This document shows positions 30,144 to 40,830 of a stretch of DNA of 64,000 nt, in pieces (the first letter of the stretch is position 1; each line of letters opens with the position of its first letter). Below the pieces are notes generated by a model, which was not told the DNA's origin, searched no databases, and saw only the letters and a program-made list of their open reading frames with translations. The stretch is taken from NCBI GenBank assembly GCA_031411975.1, contig JANOCB010000096.1:22971-86970 (forward strand). The letters are read 5' to 3'. The translations under genes were made by a program, and so were the position numbers. The DNA comes from Gemmatimonadaceae bacterium (lineage in GTDB: Bacteria; Gemmatimonadota; Gemmatimonadetes; Gemmatimonadales; Gemmatimonadaceae).

Positions 30144-31331
30144 GTGCCCGCCGAATCATCCCATCGCTTTCAGGTCCGCTGCGACTCCGGAATGCACCGG
30201 GTCGCCCTCGAACCCGAGCGATACTGGCGTCCCGCCAAGTGTCCGTCGTGCCGCGCACGGATGGACCGGCACCGTCTCCGGCGTGCGCGCCAGTGGCTGC
30301 TCGGCAATGCCCCCCGATCGGCCGTGCGCGTCGGCGACCGCCTCCGCATCGTGCCGGTCGAAGGCTTCGCGCTGCTCTTCCTGGCGCTGATGCTCCTCGT
30401 CACGCTGGTCCTGCACACCGTTGCCGATCTCTGGTGGCCAGCCACCGCGCTGCTCTTTCTCGGACGGTGGCCCTGGCTGCTCCCCGGCACTCCGATCCTG
30501 GCGCTGGCACTCGGCCTCGCCCATCGACGCGCCATCGTGACGACGCTGGCCGCCGGCATCGTCGGTCTCTTCGGAGTACTGAAGGTATCGCCGGGCGTCG
30601 GACGATTCGCCGCAACCGCCGATGCCGCCGGACAGGTACGCGTGATCTCGTTCAACATCGGTGGCACGGTGGTCGCACCGATGAGTCTCGTGGCGATGAT
30701 GGCCGAGTGGCAGCCTGACATTCTTGCGGTGCAGGAGTGCGGGGAGACGTCCATCGAGCAGCTGCGCGGCATGTCGAACTACTACCATGACATCGGCGTC
30801 ACCTGCCTGTTCACGAAGTATCCGATCATCCGCATCGACTCGCTGCGCCGTGAAGCCTTCCGGAATGCTCAGGGTGCTGCGTGGGTGAAGCGCTATCGAC
30901 TCAAGGGTCCCGATGGCGACTTCGATTTCACGAACCTGCACCTCGACACCCCACGCAAGGGGTTCGAGGCGATGATGGATGGTCGAGACGACGCCACCAC
31001 CACCATCGCCGACAAGACGGAGATCCGCGACCTCGAGTCGCGCCTGGCGCGCCGATGGGCCGACCTCGGTCCCGGCCCCCGACTCGTGGCCGGCGACTTC
31101 AACATGCCGACCGAAAGCGCCATTTACCGACGCCATTGGAGCTCGATGACCAACGGCTTCTCACAGGCCGGCTTCGGCTTCGGGTACTCGCGGCGCGCCG
31201 GCTGGATTCAGCTGCGCATCGACCATGTGCTCGCCGACGACGCCTGGGTGGTGCAGGCGGCACGTCTCCTGCCCGACTACGGCTCCGACCACCGGCCGAT
31301 GATGGTCGACGTCGCCCTGCGGACGCGGTGA
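30144..31331 (+). CDS. Membrane-anchored endonuclease/exonuclease/phosphatase (EEP) family protein
   Basis: N-terminal Cys-rich segment (RCDSG…KCPSC), then 3-4 TM helices, then an EEP catalytic domain (ISFNIGG…LAVQEC…GDFNMP…SDHRPMMVDV). The alternative start at 30261 is possible. Confidence 0.65.
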   Translation: MPAESSHRFQVRCDSGMHRVALEPERYWRPAKCPSCRARMDRHRLRRARQWLLGNAPRSAVRVGDRLRIVPVEGFALLFLALMLLVTLVLHTVADLWWPATALLFLGRWPWLLPGTPILALALGLAHRRAIVTTLAAGIVGLFGVLKVSPGVGRFAATADAAGQVRVISFNIGGTVVAPMSLVAMMAEWQPDILAVQECGETSIEQLRGMSNYYHDIGVTCLFTKYPIIRIDSLRREAFRNAQGAAWVKRYRLKGPDGDFDFTNLHLDTPRKGFEAMMDGRDDATTTIADKTEIRDLESRLARRWADLGPGPRLVAGDFNMPTESAIYRRHWSSMTNGFSQAGFGFGYSRRAGWIQLRIDHVLADDAWVVQAARLLPDYGSDHRPMMVDVALRTR

Positions 31332-32669
31332 TCAGCGCTTCGTCTGCGCATCGTCGTTGTGGCGCACCGGCACCTCGCTGCCATTCGCGCTGACCTTCGC
31401 CAGCAGCCCCTGCAACACCGCCGACGGATCGAACCCGTTGGCCCCACCGACACCCTCGAGCATCGTCTGGATGGCCTGCAGGCGCTGCCCCGCTGCCTGC
31501 GAGAGACCACCGCTGCCGGTGCCGCCGTCCATCACCACCATACGGTCCACCGTGATGGCGCCCACCGCATCGGCCGCCGTCCGGAACAGCTCGGGATACA
31601 TCTGCAGAACCAGCAGCTGCATGCCAGCCTCGCCGCTGTTGCGGATGTTCTCCAGGATCACCGCCGCCGCCTCGGCCTTCGCCTTGCCATCCTCGCGGAT
31701 CGGCGCCGCCGCAGCCTCGGCCGCCAGCTGCGCCGCCTGCAGCCGTGCACGCGCCGGCTCCACCTCGCGCACCTGCAGCTCAAGCTTCGTCAGCTCGATG
31801 CGCTGCAGCTCCACCTGACGCATCGCCGCCGCCTGCGCCTCCTCGGCCTTCGCGCTGGCGGTGCGCTCGGCGATCTGTGACTGCTGTTCGAGTTCGGCAC
31901 GGCGCACGCGGAGCAGATTCTCCGCCTCGGCGACCTGCGTGCTGTTCTGCGATTCGGCCACCTTGGCCCGCTTCTCGGCTTCGGCCTGCACCAGCTTCGT
32001 CTCGGCACGGGCGTTCGCTTCGGCGATCTCGGCGTTGCGCAGCACCTCGGCCGTCCGCATGCGACCGAACGCCGCCAGATAGCCCGCCTCGTCGGCGATC
32101 TGCTGGATCTTCAGCGTATCGAGCTGCAACCCCAGCTTGTTCAGGTCGCGGGTCGCTTCCTCCGCCAGCGACTGCTCGAACTTCGTGCGGTCCTCGTTCG
32201 CTTCTTCGGGCGACAGCGAGGCGAGCACACCACGCAGGTTACCCGTCAGCGTCTCCTGCGCCTGCTTCGCGATCTCGTTGGGGTGCACCCCCAGGAAGCG
32301 CTCCACCGCATTCCCGAAGACGCCCTCGGGCATCGACGCGATCTTCACGTTGGCCTGCGCCTGCACGTTGATCGGAATGCCGCCGCGCGCAAAGGTGTTC
32401 TGCACGTTGACGGGAATCGAGAAGGTCCGCAGGTCCATGTACGCCACCGTCTCGAGCAGCGGAATGCGGAACGCGCGCCCACCGCGCACCACGCGATAGC
32501 CGATTTTCGCCCCACTGTCGGTGGTGCGGTTCGGGCCTGTGATGATCGCCACCATGTTCGGCGGCACGATGATCAGGCACGACTTGATGATCGCCACGAG
32601 GGCCACCACGAGGCCGAAGAGCACCAGCGGAATCCCGATGAACGGGAGCAGCGACGACAGGTTGTCCAT
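31332..32669 (-). CDS. Flotillin / SPFH (band-7) domain protein
   Basis: N-terminal TM anchor, then an SPFH domain, then a long Ala/Glu-rich coiled-coil repeat region (flotillin EA-repeats). YqiK-like. Confidence 0.85.
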   Translation of the reverse strand: MDNLSSLLPFIGIPLVLFGLVVALVAIIKSCLIIVPPNMVAIITGPNRTTDSGAKIGYRVVRGGRAFRIPLLETVAYMDLRTFSIPVNVQNTFARGGIPINVQAQANVKIASMPEGVFGNAVERFLGVHPNEIAKQAQETLTGNLRGVLASLSPEEANEDRTKFEQSLAEEATRDLNKLGLQLDTLKIQQIADEAGYLAAFGRMRTAEVLRNAEIAEANARAETKLVQAEAEKRAKVAESQNSTQVAEAENLLRVRRAELEQQSQIAERTASAKAEEAQAAAMRQVELQRIELTKLELQVREVEPARARLQAAQLAAEAAAAPIREDGKAKAEAAAVILENIRNSGEAGMQLLVLQMYPELFRTAADAVGAITVDRMVVMDGGTGSGGLSQAAGQRLQAIQTMLEGVGGANGFDPSAVLQGLLAKVSANGSEVPVRHNDDAQTKR

Positions 32670-32699
32670 GGCAGGCAGGTTCGGAAGTGAAGGCGTGAT

Positions 32700-33236
32700 T
32701 CAGGAAACGAGCTGTCGGGCGAGCGGCATCACGAGGGCTACGTCACCCTCGAGCTGCTCCACCTGACAACGGCGGAACGCCTGGGAGGGCACGGTGGCGA
32801 ATGCCGGTGCCCGACGCGCGGCGATTTCAGTCAGCTGCCCGCCGATCAGCAGCGCGATGCGCCCCACGCCCGACGCATCGAACGGCACCACCAGCTCGGC
32901 TTCGGAGCCGATCCACGAGGCATCGGCGAGCATCGTCCCCGACTCACTTCGGCGCAGATAACGGAACAGCATGCCGACGCCAACCCAAACGCCGGCGCCC
33001 AGCACACCTGCCAGCGATGCGGTGAGCACCGGCGACCAGCCGCCAAGGCTGCCCAGCGCACCCACCGCGCCGAACGTGAGCGCGCCGAACGCCAGACTGC
33101 GGAGCGAGAAGAGCGCCCACACGCCGGCATCGTGTTCGACACCGCCGTGATGCTCACCCTCGCCGCCGGCGATCGCTCCCCAGCCCACGAACAGCAGGCC
33201 GAAGACCGCAGCGGCGACATACAGGGGAAACGGCAT
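32700..33236 (-). CDS. NfeD/YqiJ-like membrane protein partner of flotillin
   Basis: N-terminal TM helices (MPFPLYVAAAVFGLLFVGWGAIA…) and a C-terminal soluble OB-fold-like region. Lies immediately upstream of the flotillin gene in the same orientation, the canonical NfeD-flotillin operon. Confidence 0.6.
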   Translation of the reverse strand: MPFPLYVAAAVFGLLFVGWGAIAGGEGEHHGGVEHDAGVWALFSLRSLAFGALTFGAVGALGSLGGWSPVLTASLAGVLGAGVWVGVGMLFRYLRRSESGTMLADASWIGSEAELVVPFDASGVGRIALLIGGQLTEIAARRAPAFATVPSQAFRRCQVEQLEGDVALVMPLARQLVS

Positions 33237-33445
33237 GGTTGTGCTGGGAGAGGTGACGTCAGGTCCTGACGGCCGGGGCGCGCCGGGCACTCGAGGACGC
33301 GTGTGCGATCCCGTCGTCCGCAACGACCATCCGGTCCGTGGGGCCAACGGTTTCGTGCGAGGGAATCATAACGGTACTTATCACTGCCGCGTACCACCAC
33401 GTGGCGACCGGAGCACGTGGCGTCGTGCCACGCGTCCGGAAGGCG

Positions 33446-35191
33446 TCACTTGAGGCGAGGCCGTCCGGTGGCGGGATCCAGTCGAACGTAGCGACCGGCA
33501 ATCAGCATCAGCTCGGGAAGCAGGATGTCGCTCTCGAGTGAGTGCACTGCACCGGAGGGGCGCGTCGCACCCTCCACTCGCGCCGTCACCTCCGGCGCCA
33601 GGACTGCCGCCGGCAGCGTGAAATCGTCGTACGCTTCCGGTTCCACGTTCCAGCCAAGATCGCGCAGCGCTGCGACGGTCACGGCGGAGGTGGGCTGCGC
33701 CGCACTGATCAGTGACGGTGCCATCAGCTCACCGAGAAAGGCATCGGCGCGCCAGTGCCCCCGCACATTCGGCTGGATCGGCACCGTGCGCCGCGTGAAC
33801 CGACTGCTCTGCCCCAGTCTCGAAAACGCCGCCAGCGCATTCGGTCCGACGAAGATCGGATCCGGCGCGAGACTGTCGCCGTCGATCAGCGGAGCGAAGG
33901 CCCCGCGACCCCAGATCGTCCCAAGTCCGAGCACATGGCCGACCTCGTGCTGCAGCAGGTCGTCGAGCTTGCGATCACTGAGCGTGCCGTAACTGAGGAT
34001 GTTGAGCGAGACGGTGCCGAGCAACGGCAACCCGGTGGAGCGGATCACGCAGGGCCCGCCCTGACCGGCAATGCGCGGCGGCAGCGTGTCCAGCTTGACC
34101 AGCACGCGGATTCCCGTGATGAACTGGGCCACTCCCACGGCATTGCGACACTCGCCGGCGGTCAATCGGACGAACTCCCCGCCGGGCGCACTGCGAATCA
34201 CACTCCGCCACCTGGCCGCCACCCGCTCCATGCTCAGCCGCACCCGCAGCGGCAACGGGTTCTGCGCATCGCCATCGACGATGTCCAGGGGGAACTCCGA
34301 CGGTCCCTGCGCGGTGAGTGTGTCGCGGGAGATGAGGGTCCCGTTCGTGACGCTCACCACCACCCGGCCGAATGTCAGCGCCGTCAGGTGGCCACTGCCC
34401 ACCCGCATGGCCCCCGCAGGCTCGATGCCGATCAGCACCACACGGGTCGGCATCCCACGTCCGAGTGAATCGCGGGCCGTGATCGTGAAGGGGACGCTGT
34501 CGCCAACTGCCACGACACGGGGGGCGATGGTCACGCTCAGCTCCCGCAACGGGGTGACGCGCACCACCAGCCGGCGCCGTGTCGTGTCACGACCGATGAT
34601 CGCCAGCAGTGTCGTCGACCCTGGGCGCACTGCCTCGACCGTGGCCGTACCGACCCCGACCGGCTGCACGCGAGCAACGCTCGTGTCGGTCGACCCAAAG
34701 CGCGGTGCCACCTCTGCCAGCGGCTGCCCCGCCGTCGTCTCCACCCGTGACACGAGCTGGATCTGATCCACGAGTTCGACGCTGTCAGGGGCCTGCAGCG
34801 TGACGCGGACCGCGCGGCTGACGACGCGAATGGTGCGCGTCCCAAGCGCACCGGCTGAGGCCGCTGCCAGTTGAATCGACCCGACATTCCGGGCCCGGAT
34901 CACACCGCCGTCGCTGACCGAGATGACATTCGTGTCCGTCGTCGACCAGCGGGTGCCGACGAGCGCCAGGACGTCCCCGACACGGTTCACGCCGCGCGCC
35001 ACTGCCTGCACCGTATCGCCAAGGAGCACCGTGTCGCCGTCAACCTGCACGTCGAGCCGCGTCAGCGTGGTGAGCGGGAGCGGTGGTGCGTCGGTCGCGC
35101 CGCCGCCGCACGCCGCAACGCCAAGCGCCAGCGCGACGAATCGCAGGGCGGTCGGCAGGGCGCGCGACGCGCTTTCAGAGGGAGACGGCAC
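33446..35191 (-). CDS. Lipoprotein with bacterial Ig-like (Big_2) repeats and a C-terminal HExxH zinc-metalloprotease domain (leishmanolysin-like)
   Basis: Lipobox (LALGVAAC|GG). Repeated Ig-like segments (…ISVSDGGVIRARNVGS…, …ARVQPVGVGTATVEAVRPGS…). HEVGHVLGLG zinc-binding motif near the C-terminus. Confidence 0.6.
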   Translation of the reverse strand: MPSPSESASRALPTALRFVALALGVAACGGGATDAPPLPLTTLTRLDVQVDGDTVLLGDTVQAVARGVNRVGDVLALVGTRWSTTDTNVISVSDGGVIRARNVGSIQLAAASAGALGTRTIRVVSRAVRVTLQAPDSVELVDQIQLVSRVETTAGQPLAEVAPRFGSTDTSVARVQPVGVGTATVEAVRPGSTTLLAIIGRDTTRRRLVVRVTPLRELSVTIAPRVVAVGDSVPFTITARDSLGRGMPTRVVLIGIEPAGAMRVGSGHLTALTFGRVVVSVTNGTLISRDTLTAQGPSEFPLDIVDGDAQNPLPLRVRLSMERVAARWRSVIRSAPGGEFVRLTAGECRNAVGVAQFITGIRVLVKLDTLPPRIAGQGGPCVIRSTGLPLLGTVSLNILSYGTLSDRKLDDLLQHEVGHVLGLGTIWGRGAFAPLIDGDSLAPDPIFVGPNALAAFSRLGQSSRFTRRTVPIQPNVRGHWRADAFLGELMAPSLISAAQPTSAVTVAALRDLGWNVEPEAYDDFTLPAAVLAPEVTARVEGATRPSGAVHSLESDILLPELMLIAGRYVRLDPATGRPRLK

Positions 35192-35218
35192 GCGGGTAAG
35201 TTAGAGAGTGGCGCACAC

Positions 35219-37711
35219 ATGCGAACAACCGAACTGAACCGACAGATGCCTCCCGGCATCCAGACCCTGCCGATGTCCGAGACCCCTGTCCAGCCCGAAA
35301 CCCCCGCCTACGATCCCTCGGCCGTCGAAGCCTTCTGGCAGCAGCGCTGGGCCGATCGCGGGACCAACTCCCCCGACCTGGGCAAGGGCGCGGACCCGTA
35401 CTACCAGCTGATGATGTTCCCCTACCCGTCGGCGGAGGGGCTCCACATCGGCAACCTGTTCGCCTTCACTGGCGCGGACATCCATGGCCGGTACCAGCGC
35501 CTGCAGGGCAAAACGGTCTTTGAACCAATCGGTTTCGACAGCTTCGGGATCCATTCCGAGAACTTCGCGATCAAGGTCGGGGCCCATCCCGCCCAGCTGA
35601 CCCCGCGCAACGTCGGGAATTTCCGCCGGCAGCTCCACCGCGCCGGCCTGATGGTGGACTGGCAGAAGGAAGTCGTCACCAGCGACCCCAGCTATTACAA
35701 GTGGACGCAGTGGCTCTTCCTGCAGCTGTACAAGCAGGGGCTGGCGTACAAGAAGGCCGCCGCCGTGAACTGGTGCCCCAGCTGCAAGACGGTGCTGGCC
35801 AACGAGCAGGTCAAGGACGGACACTGCGAGCGGTGCGACTCCCTGGTGGAGCAGCGGCTGCTGGAGCAGTGGTTCTTCCGCACGTCGCAATACGCGCCCC
35901 GCCTGCTGGACAACATCGCCACGCTCGACTGGAGCGAGACCACCCGTCAGGCCCAGCGCAACTGGATTGGCCGCAGCGAAGGGGCGCACGTCACCTTCCG
36001 CGTGGCGAACGCCCACGACGTGACGGTCTTCACCACCCGCCCCGATACCATCTTCGGTGCCACCTGGGTGGTGCTGGCCCCCGAGCACCCGCTGGTCCAC
36101 GAGATCACCACGCCGGGCCAGCGTGCTGCGGTGGACGAGTACCTCGAGCGCACCAAGACACAGGACGTGGTCTCGCGGAAGGTCAGCAAGGAGAAGACCG
36201 GTGTCGCCACCGGTGCGGTCGCCATCAATCCGGCCACTGGTCAGCCCATCCCGGTCTGGATCGCCGATTACGTGCTCATGGAATACGGCACCGGCGCGGT
36301 GATGGGCGTGCCGGGCCACGACGAACGCGACTTCGAGTTCGCCCAGAAGTTCGCGTTGCCGATCGTGCGCGTGGTGGCCGGTGCCGACGACGACGCCAGC
36401 GCCCCGCTGGCCGAAGCCTACGCATCGAAGAGCGACGCCGACCTCCTCGTCAACTCCGCCCACTTCTCCGGCATGCCCGTGCCGCAGGCGAAGAAGGCCG
36501 TGGTGGCCTGGCTCGAGGAGCGCAGCAGCGCGACGCCGGTGGTGAACTACCGCCTCAACGACTGGTGCATCTCGCGGCAGCGCTACTGGGGCCCGCCGAT
36601 CCCGATCATCTACTGCGACAGCTGCGGCCCGGTGCCGGTCCCCGAGGACCAGCTCCCCGTCGTGCTGCCGCTGATCGACGATTTCCGTCCCGACGACAGC
36701 GGCATCTCGCCGCTGGCCCGCCACGACGAGTGGTATCGCGTGCCCTGCCCGCAGTGCGGCATCATGTCGCGCCGCGAGACCGACGTCAGCGACCCCTTCC
36801 TCGACAGCGCCTGGTACTTCCTGCGCTATCCGAGCGCCGATCGCGCCGACGTGCCGTTCGATGCCGCGCTCACGAAGAAGTGGCTGCCCGTCACCACCTA
36901 CATCGGTGGCAACGAACACGCCGTGCTGCACCTGCTCTACTCACGCTTCATCACCATGGTGCTGAAGGACGCGGGGCTGATCGACTTCGAGGAGCCGTTC
37001 ACCCGCTTCCGCGCGCATGGCATGATCATCCGCGAAGGCGCCAAGATGTCGAAGTCGAAGGGCAACGTCGTGAATCCCGACGAGCTGATCGACCGCTGGG
37101 GCGCCGACAGCTTCCGCACCTACCTGATGTTCCTCGGCCCCTACGAGGAAGGTGGCGACTACCGCGACAGCGGCATCACCGGCGTGCGTCGTTTCCTCGA
37201 TCGCATCTGGGGTTCGGTGCACGAGAGTGTCACCACGGGCACCACCGATGCGACCGTGATGCGCAAGCTGCACGCGACCATCAGGAAGGTCACGGAAGAC
37301 ATTCCCGCCCTCGGCTACAACACCGCCATCGCGGCGATGATGGAGTACGTGAACGTGCTGCGCGCCAGCGAGCGCATTGTGCACCGCGACGAGGTGCTGC
37401 CGCTGGTGCAGCTGGTCGCACCGTTCGCGCCACATCTCGCCGAGCAGTGCTGGGAAGTGCTCGGTCACACCGGCTCGATCTTCGACGCCGGCTGGCCCAC
37501 CTTCGATCCGTCGATGCTGGTGCGCGACACCCTCACGATCGCCGTGCAGGTCAACGGCAAGACACGTGGCACGGTGCAGGTCAGCACGAACGCCACGCAA
37601 TCCGATGTGTATGCAGCCGCGATGCAGGACCCGAACATCGCCAAGTTCGTGACCACCGAGCCGAAGAAGATCATCTACGTTCCGGGGCGTCTGCTCAACA
37701 TCGTCGTCTGA
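35219..37711 (+). CDS. leuS: Leucine--tRNA ligase
   Basis: Class I HIGH (…EGLHIGNLFAF…) and KMSKS (…GAKMSKSKGNVV…) motifs, and LeuS-specific editing and Zn regions. Alternative in-frame starts at 35246 and 35273. The long ORF on the opposite strand (35201..36931) is an artefact. Confidence 0.9.
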   Translation: MRTTELNRQMPPGIQTLPMSETPVQPETPAYDPSAVEAFWQQRWADRGTNSPDLGKGADPYYQLMMFPYPSAEGLHIGNLFAFTGADIHGRYQRLQGKTVFEPIGFDSFGIHSENFAIKVGAHPAQLTPRNVGNFRRQLHRAGLMVDWQKEVVTSDPSYYKWTQWLFLQLYKQGLAYKKAAAVNWCPSCKTVLANEQVKDGHCERCDSLVEQRLLEQWFFRTSQYAPRLLDNIATLDWSETTRQAQRNWIGRSEGAHVTFRVANAHDVTVFTTRPDTIFGATWVVLAPEHPLVHEITTPGQRAAVDEYLERTKTQDVVSRKVSKEKTGVATGAVAINPATGQPIPVWIADYVLMEYGTGAVMGVPGHDERDFEFAQKFALPIVRVVAGADDDASAPLAEAYASKSDADLLVNSAHFSGMPVPQAKKAVVAWLEERSSATPVVNYRLNDWCISRQRYWGPPIPIIYCDSCGPVPVPEDQLPVVLPLIDDFRPDDSGISPLARHDEWYRVPCPQCGIMSRRETDVSDPFLDSAWYFLRYPSADRADVPFDAALTKKWLPVTTYIGGNEHAVLHLLYSRFITMVLKDAGLIDFEEPFTRFRAHGMIIREGAKMSKSKGNVVNPDELIDRWGADSFRTYLMFLGPYEEGGDYRDSGITGVRRFLDRIWGSVHESVTTGTTDATVMRKLHATIRKVTEDIPALGYNTAIAAMMEYVNVLRASERIVHRDEVLPLVQLVAPFAPHLAEQCWEVLGHTGSIFDAGWPTFDPSMLVRDTLTIAVQVNGKTRGTVQVSTNATQSDVYAAAMQDPNIAKFVTTEPKKIIYVPGRLLNIVV

Positions 37712-37845
37712 CATCGAGGCGGCACACACCAACGCGAACGGCAACCTGGACCAGCGCGGCAACCTTCGGACGCGGAGCCGGTGTCAGACGGTCGATTCGC
37801 TCGCCGACGCATGCCGCGCCGGGAGTCTGACCGCCGGAGATTCTG

Positions 37846-39294
37846 ATGACGACGCTGCCCCTTGCCCGCTCCGCCCTGCTGATCGGTTTCTGCCTCCCCT
37901 TCGGCGCCCAGCCACTGCTGTCGCAGCGGACCCCGCCACCGCCGCCGCCGCGACCGGCGCCGGCACCGCGGCCGCAGATCTACCTCAACGGCATGACGAT
38001 GGCGTCCGGTGGGCTGCTCGGGATCACCCTGCGCTCCTCCTCCGGCCCCGCCGACACCCTCGGCATCCTCGTCGAATCGGTGCAGGATGACCTGCCCGCC
38101 GCGAAGGCAGGGATCACCGAGGGCGCACGGATCGCAGCGATCGATGGCATCGATCTCCGGCTCGAGCCGCGTGACATCGGCGATTCCGCCGCCGAGCGCC
38201 TCCCGGAGAGCCGGCTGCGTCGGGCCATCGCCACCAAGGCACCCGGTGAAAGCGTGGCGCTCGAAATCCACCAGGACGGCCGCACCCAGTCCAAGCGCGT
38301 CACGCTCGCCGAGTCGCCCGGCGCGCGCGTCTTCGCCGCGGCGAACCAGTCCGCGCGCCGTGTGCTCGGCGTCGGCTTCGCCCAGCGCGGGAGCATTCGC
38401 GACACCGCCGGCCTGCTGATCACGAGCCTCACCGACGGCGGCGCCGCCGAGAAGGCCGGCCTGTTGGAAGGCGATCGTGTGGTGAGCATCGATGGCATCG
38501 ACCTGCGCGTGCCCGCTGCCGATGCCGGCAGCCCCGAGGGCGTCGAGGCGCGCATCTCGCGCCTCCGCCGCGCACTCGATGCGGCGCGCGACTCGCAGCC
38601 TGTACGCCTCGAAGTCCTCTCCGAAGGTCGACGCCGCACGCTGTCGGTGATACCGAAGCAGGAGACCGGCTGGGGCTGGAGCATCTCACCAGGCCAGATG
38701 CAGGGCCTCGCCTCTGACATGCGTGCCAGCCTCGATCGCAACATGCGGCTCAGCGACGACGATCGACGCGAGATCGAACGGGCACGCAGCGAAGCGGTGC
38801 GTGAGGGGCAGCGCGCACGTGAGGAAGGCATGCGCGCCCGTCAGGAGGCGATGCGCGATGCGCAGCGCGACATGGCCGAGAGCCAGCGCGAACTTGCACG
38901 TGCGCGCATCGAGATCGAGCGAACCACCCGTGATGACGATGCGGACGACTCCGACATGCGCTCCACGCGACGCGACGACGCCCGTCGCCCGGGCGGCATG
39001 CTGCGCGGCCGCACCGACGGCGCGACACTCTCGCTCGACGGGTTGTCGCTCGCCACCGTCGACCGGGACTTCGGCCAGCAGTTCGGCAAGGGCGCAGAGC
39101 GCGGCGCGCTGGTCGTGCGTGCCCGCGACGAGTGGGAACCGCTGCGCGCCGGCGACGTGATCCTCACCATCGAGGGCCGCTCCGTGCGCGATGGCAACTC
39201 GCTCGACGTGACCATCGACCGCAGCCGCGACCAGCGCATCGAGATCCTCCGCAATGGCCGCCAGCAGACCATCACGCTCCGGCCTTCTCGCTGA
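37846..39294 (+). CDS. Secreted multi-PDZ-domain protein
   Basis: Signal peptide plus poly-Pro linker. Three PDZ-like modules (…GILVESVQDDLPAAKAGITEGARIAAIDGIDL…, …GLLITSLTDGGAAEKAGLLEGDRVVSIDGIDL…, …GALVVRARDEWEPLRAGDVILTIEGRSV…) separated by a charged helical region. Confidence 0.7.
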   Translation: MTTLPLARSALLIGFCLPFGAQPLLSQRTPPPPPPRPAPAPRPQIYLNGMTMASGGLLGITLRSSSGPADTLGILVESVQDDLPAAKAGITEGARIAAIDGIDLRLEPRDIGDSAAERLPESRLRRAIATKAPGESVALEIHQDGRTQSKRVTLAESPGARVFAAANQSARRVLGVGFAQRGSIRDTAGLLITSLTDGGAAEKAGLLEGDRVVSIDGIDLRVPAADAGSPEGVEARISRLRRALDAARDSQPVRLEVLSEGRRRTLSVIPKQETGWGWSISPGQMQGLASDMRASLDRNMRLSDDDRREIERARSEAVREGQRAREEGMRARQEAMRDAQRDMAESQRELARARIEIERTTRDDDADDSDMRSTRRDDARRPGGMLRGRTDGATLSLDGLSLATVDRDFGQQFGKGAERGALVVRARDEWEPLRAGDVILTIEGRSVRDGNSLDVTIDRSRDQRIEILRNGRQQTITLRPSR

Positions 39295-39357
39295 CCTGCG
39301 CTTGGACTGTGGAACGACAACAGCACATCGCCGTTGCCGCGCTCGCGAGATCGCCCG

Positions 39358-40830
39358 CTAGTACCGCACGCAGTTCCGCCCGTCGTTCTTGGCGCGGTAG
39401 AGGGCGGTGTCGGCGGCTGACAGCAGGTCGTCCACGGACGTGATCCGCGGTCCGGGAAAGAGTGACACGCCGATCGACACGGTCAGCGGCAACGTCACGC
39501 CCTGACCGCCGCTGAACGGCGTCGTCGTGATCCGCTCGCGCAGACGCTCGGCGAACGTCACCGCGCCTTCCATCGACGTCTCCGGCAGGACGATCACGAA
39601 CTCTTCGCCGCCGTACCGCGCCACGAAGTCGGCGCTGCGCACCGCGCCGCGGAGAATTTCGGCCGTGTCCTTCAGGACCCCGTCGCCGATCAGGTGGCCG
39701 CGAGTGTCGTTGATGGCCTTGAAGTGATCGAGGTCGAGCATCAGCACCGCCACCGAATGCCCGTAGCGTCGGGCACGATCGAGTTCGGAGACGAGCCGGT
39801 CGGTGAGCGCGCGACGATTCAGCACCTGCGTGAGCGGGTCGGTCTGCGCCAGCGCGGCCAGGCGCACGTTGTCGGCACGCGCCGTCTCGAGCAGGTGCGC
39901 GCGCTGGATCGAGGCCACCGCGGCCTTCACCACCGCGTCGGCGAATGCCACGTCCTCGTCGTCCAGCGGTGGCTCGCCCTCGCCACGACGCAGCAGGAAC
40001 ACCCCCGCCTGCTGGCGATCCACAAAGAATGGCAGCGCGATCACGCTGCGGGTCGGCACGATGGTGCCTTCACGCGCCCAGCGCTGCCGCAGTTCGGCGA
40101 ACAGCGGATGCACCGACACATCGGGGATCAGCACCGGACGCCCCGCTTCCAGTGCCACGCGGACTTCGGGATACTTGTCGAGGTCCATCGGCAGGTTGCG
40201 CAGCGACGGGTCGTCGAACGCCGCCGGGATCACAGCCGTCGTCTCACCGGGCCGCGCCAGCACCACTGAACAGCGGAACAGCCCGATCGCCCGCGCCACG
40301 CGGCGCACGAGCACGTGGTAAATCTCCTCGCTGCTCAGGTCCGCGCTGACCTCGCGCATGATGGCCATCAGCGTGCGACCGGTCTGCGCCTCTTCGCGCG
40401 CCTGGGCCAGGGCTTCCTGCGCGGTCTCCAGCTGGCGTCGCGTGATGTCGAGCATCGAGCGGGTGCGCAGGTTGGCGCCGATTCGCGCCAGCAGCTCGCC
40501 GGATCGCAGTGGTTTCCGCACCACGTCGGTCGCGCCGCTGGCCAGCGCACGCTCGACGATGTCCTCGGGGGCACTCGTCGACGTGACCAGCACCGGCAGG
40601 TCGAGCCAATGCTCCTCACCCTTGAAGGCCGTCAGGGTGTCGGCGCCGCCGTCGTCGAGCAGCTCCGAGTCCATCAGCAGCAGGTCGGGCACGAAGTCGC
40701 GTGCCGTCTCCACCGCCGCCACGCAGGAGTTCACTCCGCGCACGTCGTAGCCATGCTCGCGCAGCACCCAGGCGATGGTCTGCTGCACCGCTGGATCACT
40801 GTCCGCGACGATGATTCTCGGTGCCGTCAT
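39358..40830 (-). CDS. Response regulator receiver + GAF + GGDEF diguanylate cyclase
   Basis: REC domain (IIVADSD…LLLMDSEL…), GAF-like middle, and GGDEF domain with an RYGGEEF active site and an RxxD I-site context. Confidence 0.8.
   Translation of the reverse strand: MTAPRIIVADSDPAVQQTIAWVLREHGYDVRGVNSCVAAVETARDFVPDLLLMDSELLDDGGADTLTAFKGEEHWLDLPVLVTSTSAPEDIVERALASGATDVVRKPLRSGELLARIGANLRTRSMLDITRRQLETAQEALAQAREEAQTGRTLMAIMREVSADLSSEEIYHVLVRRVARAIGLFRCSVVLARPGETTAVIPAAFDDPSLRNLPMDLDKYPEVRVALEAGRPVLIPDVSVHPLFAELRQRWAREGTIVPTRSVIALPFFVDRQQAGVFLLRRGEGEPPLDDEDVAFADAVVKAAVASIQRAHLLETARADNVRLAALAQTDPLTQVLNRRALTDRLVSELDRARRYGHSVAVLMLDLDHFKAINDTRGHLIGDGVLKDTAEILRGAVRSADFVARYGGEEFVIVLPETSMEGAVTFAERLRERITTTPFSGGQGVTLPLTVSIGVSLFPGPRITSVDDLLSAADTALYRAKNDGRNCVRY

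Noticed and set aside
35201-36931. 576-aa ORF on the minus strand
   Set aside because: It lies entirely antisense to leuS, which has clear HIGH/KMSKS motifs. It is a typical high-GC antisense artefact with Arg/Gly/Ala-rich, low-complexity translation.
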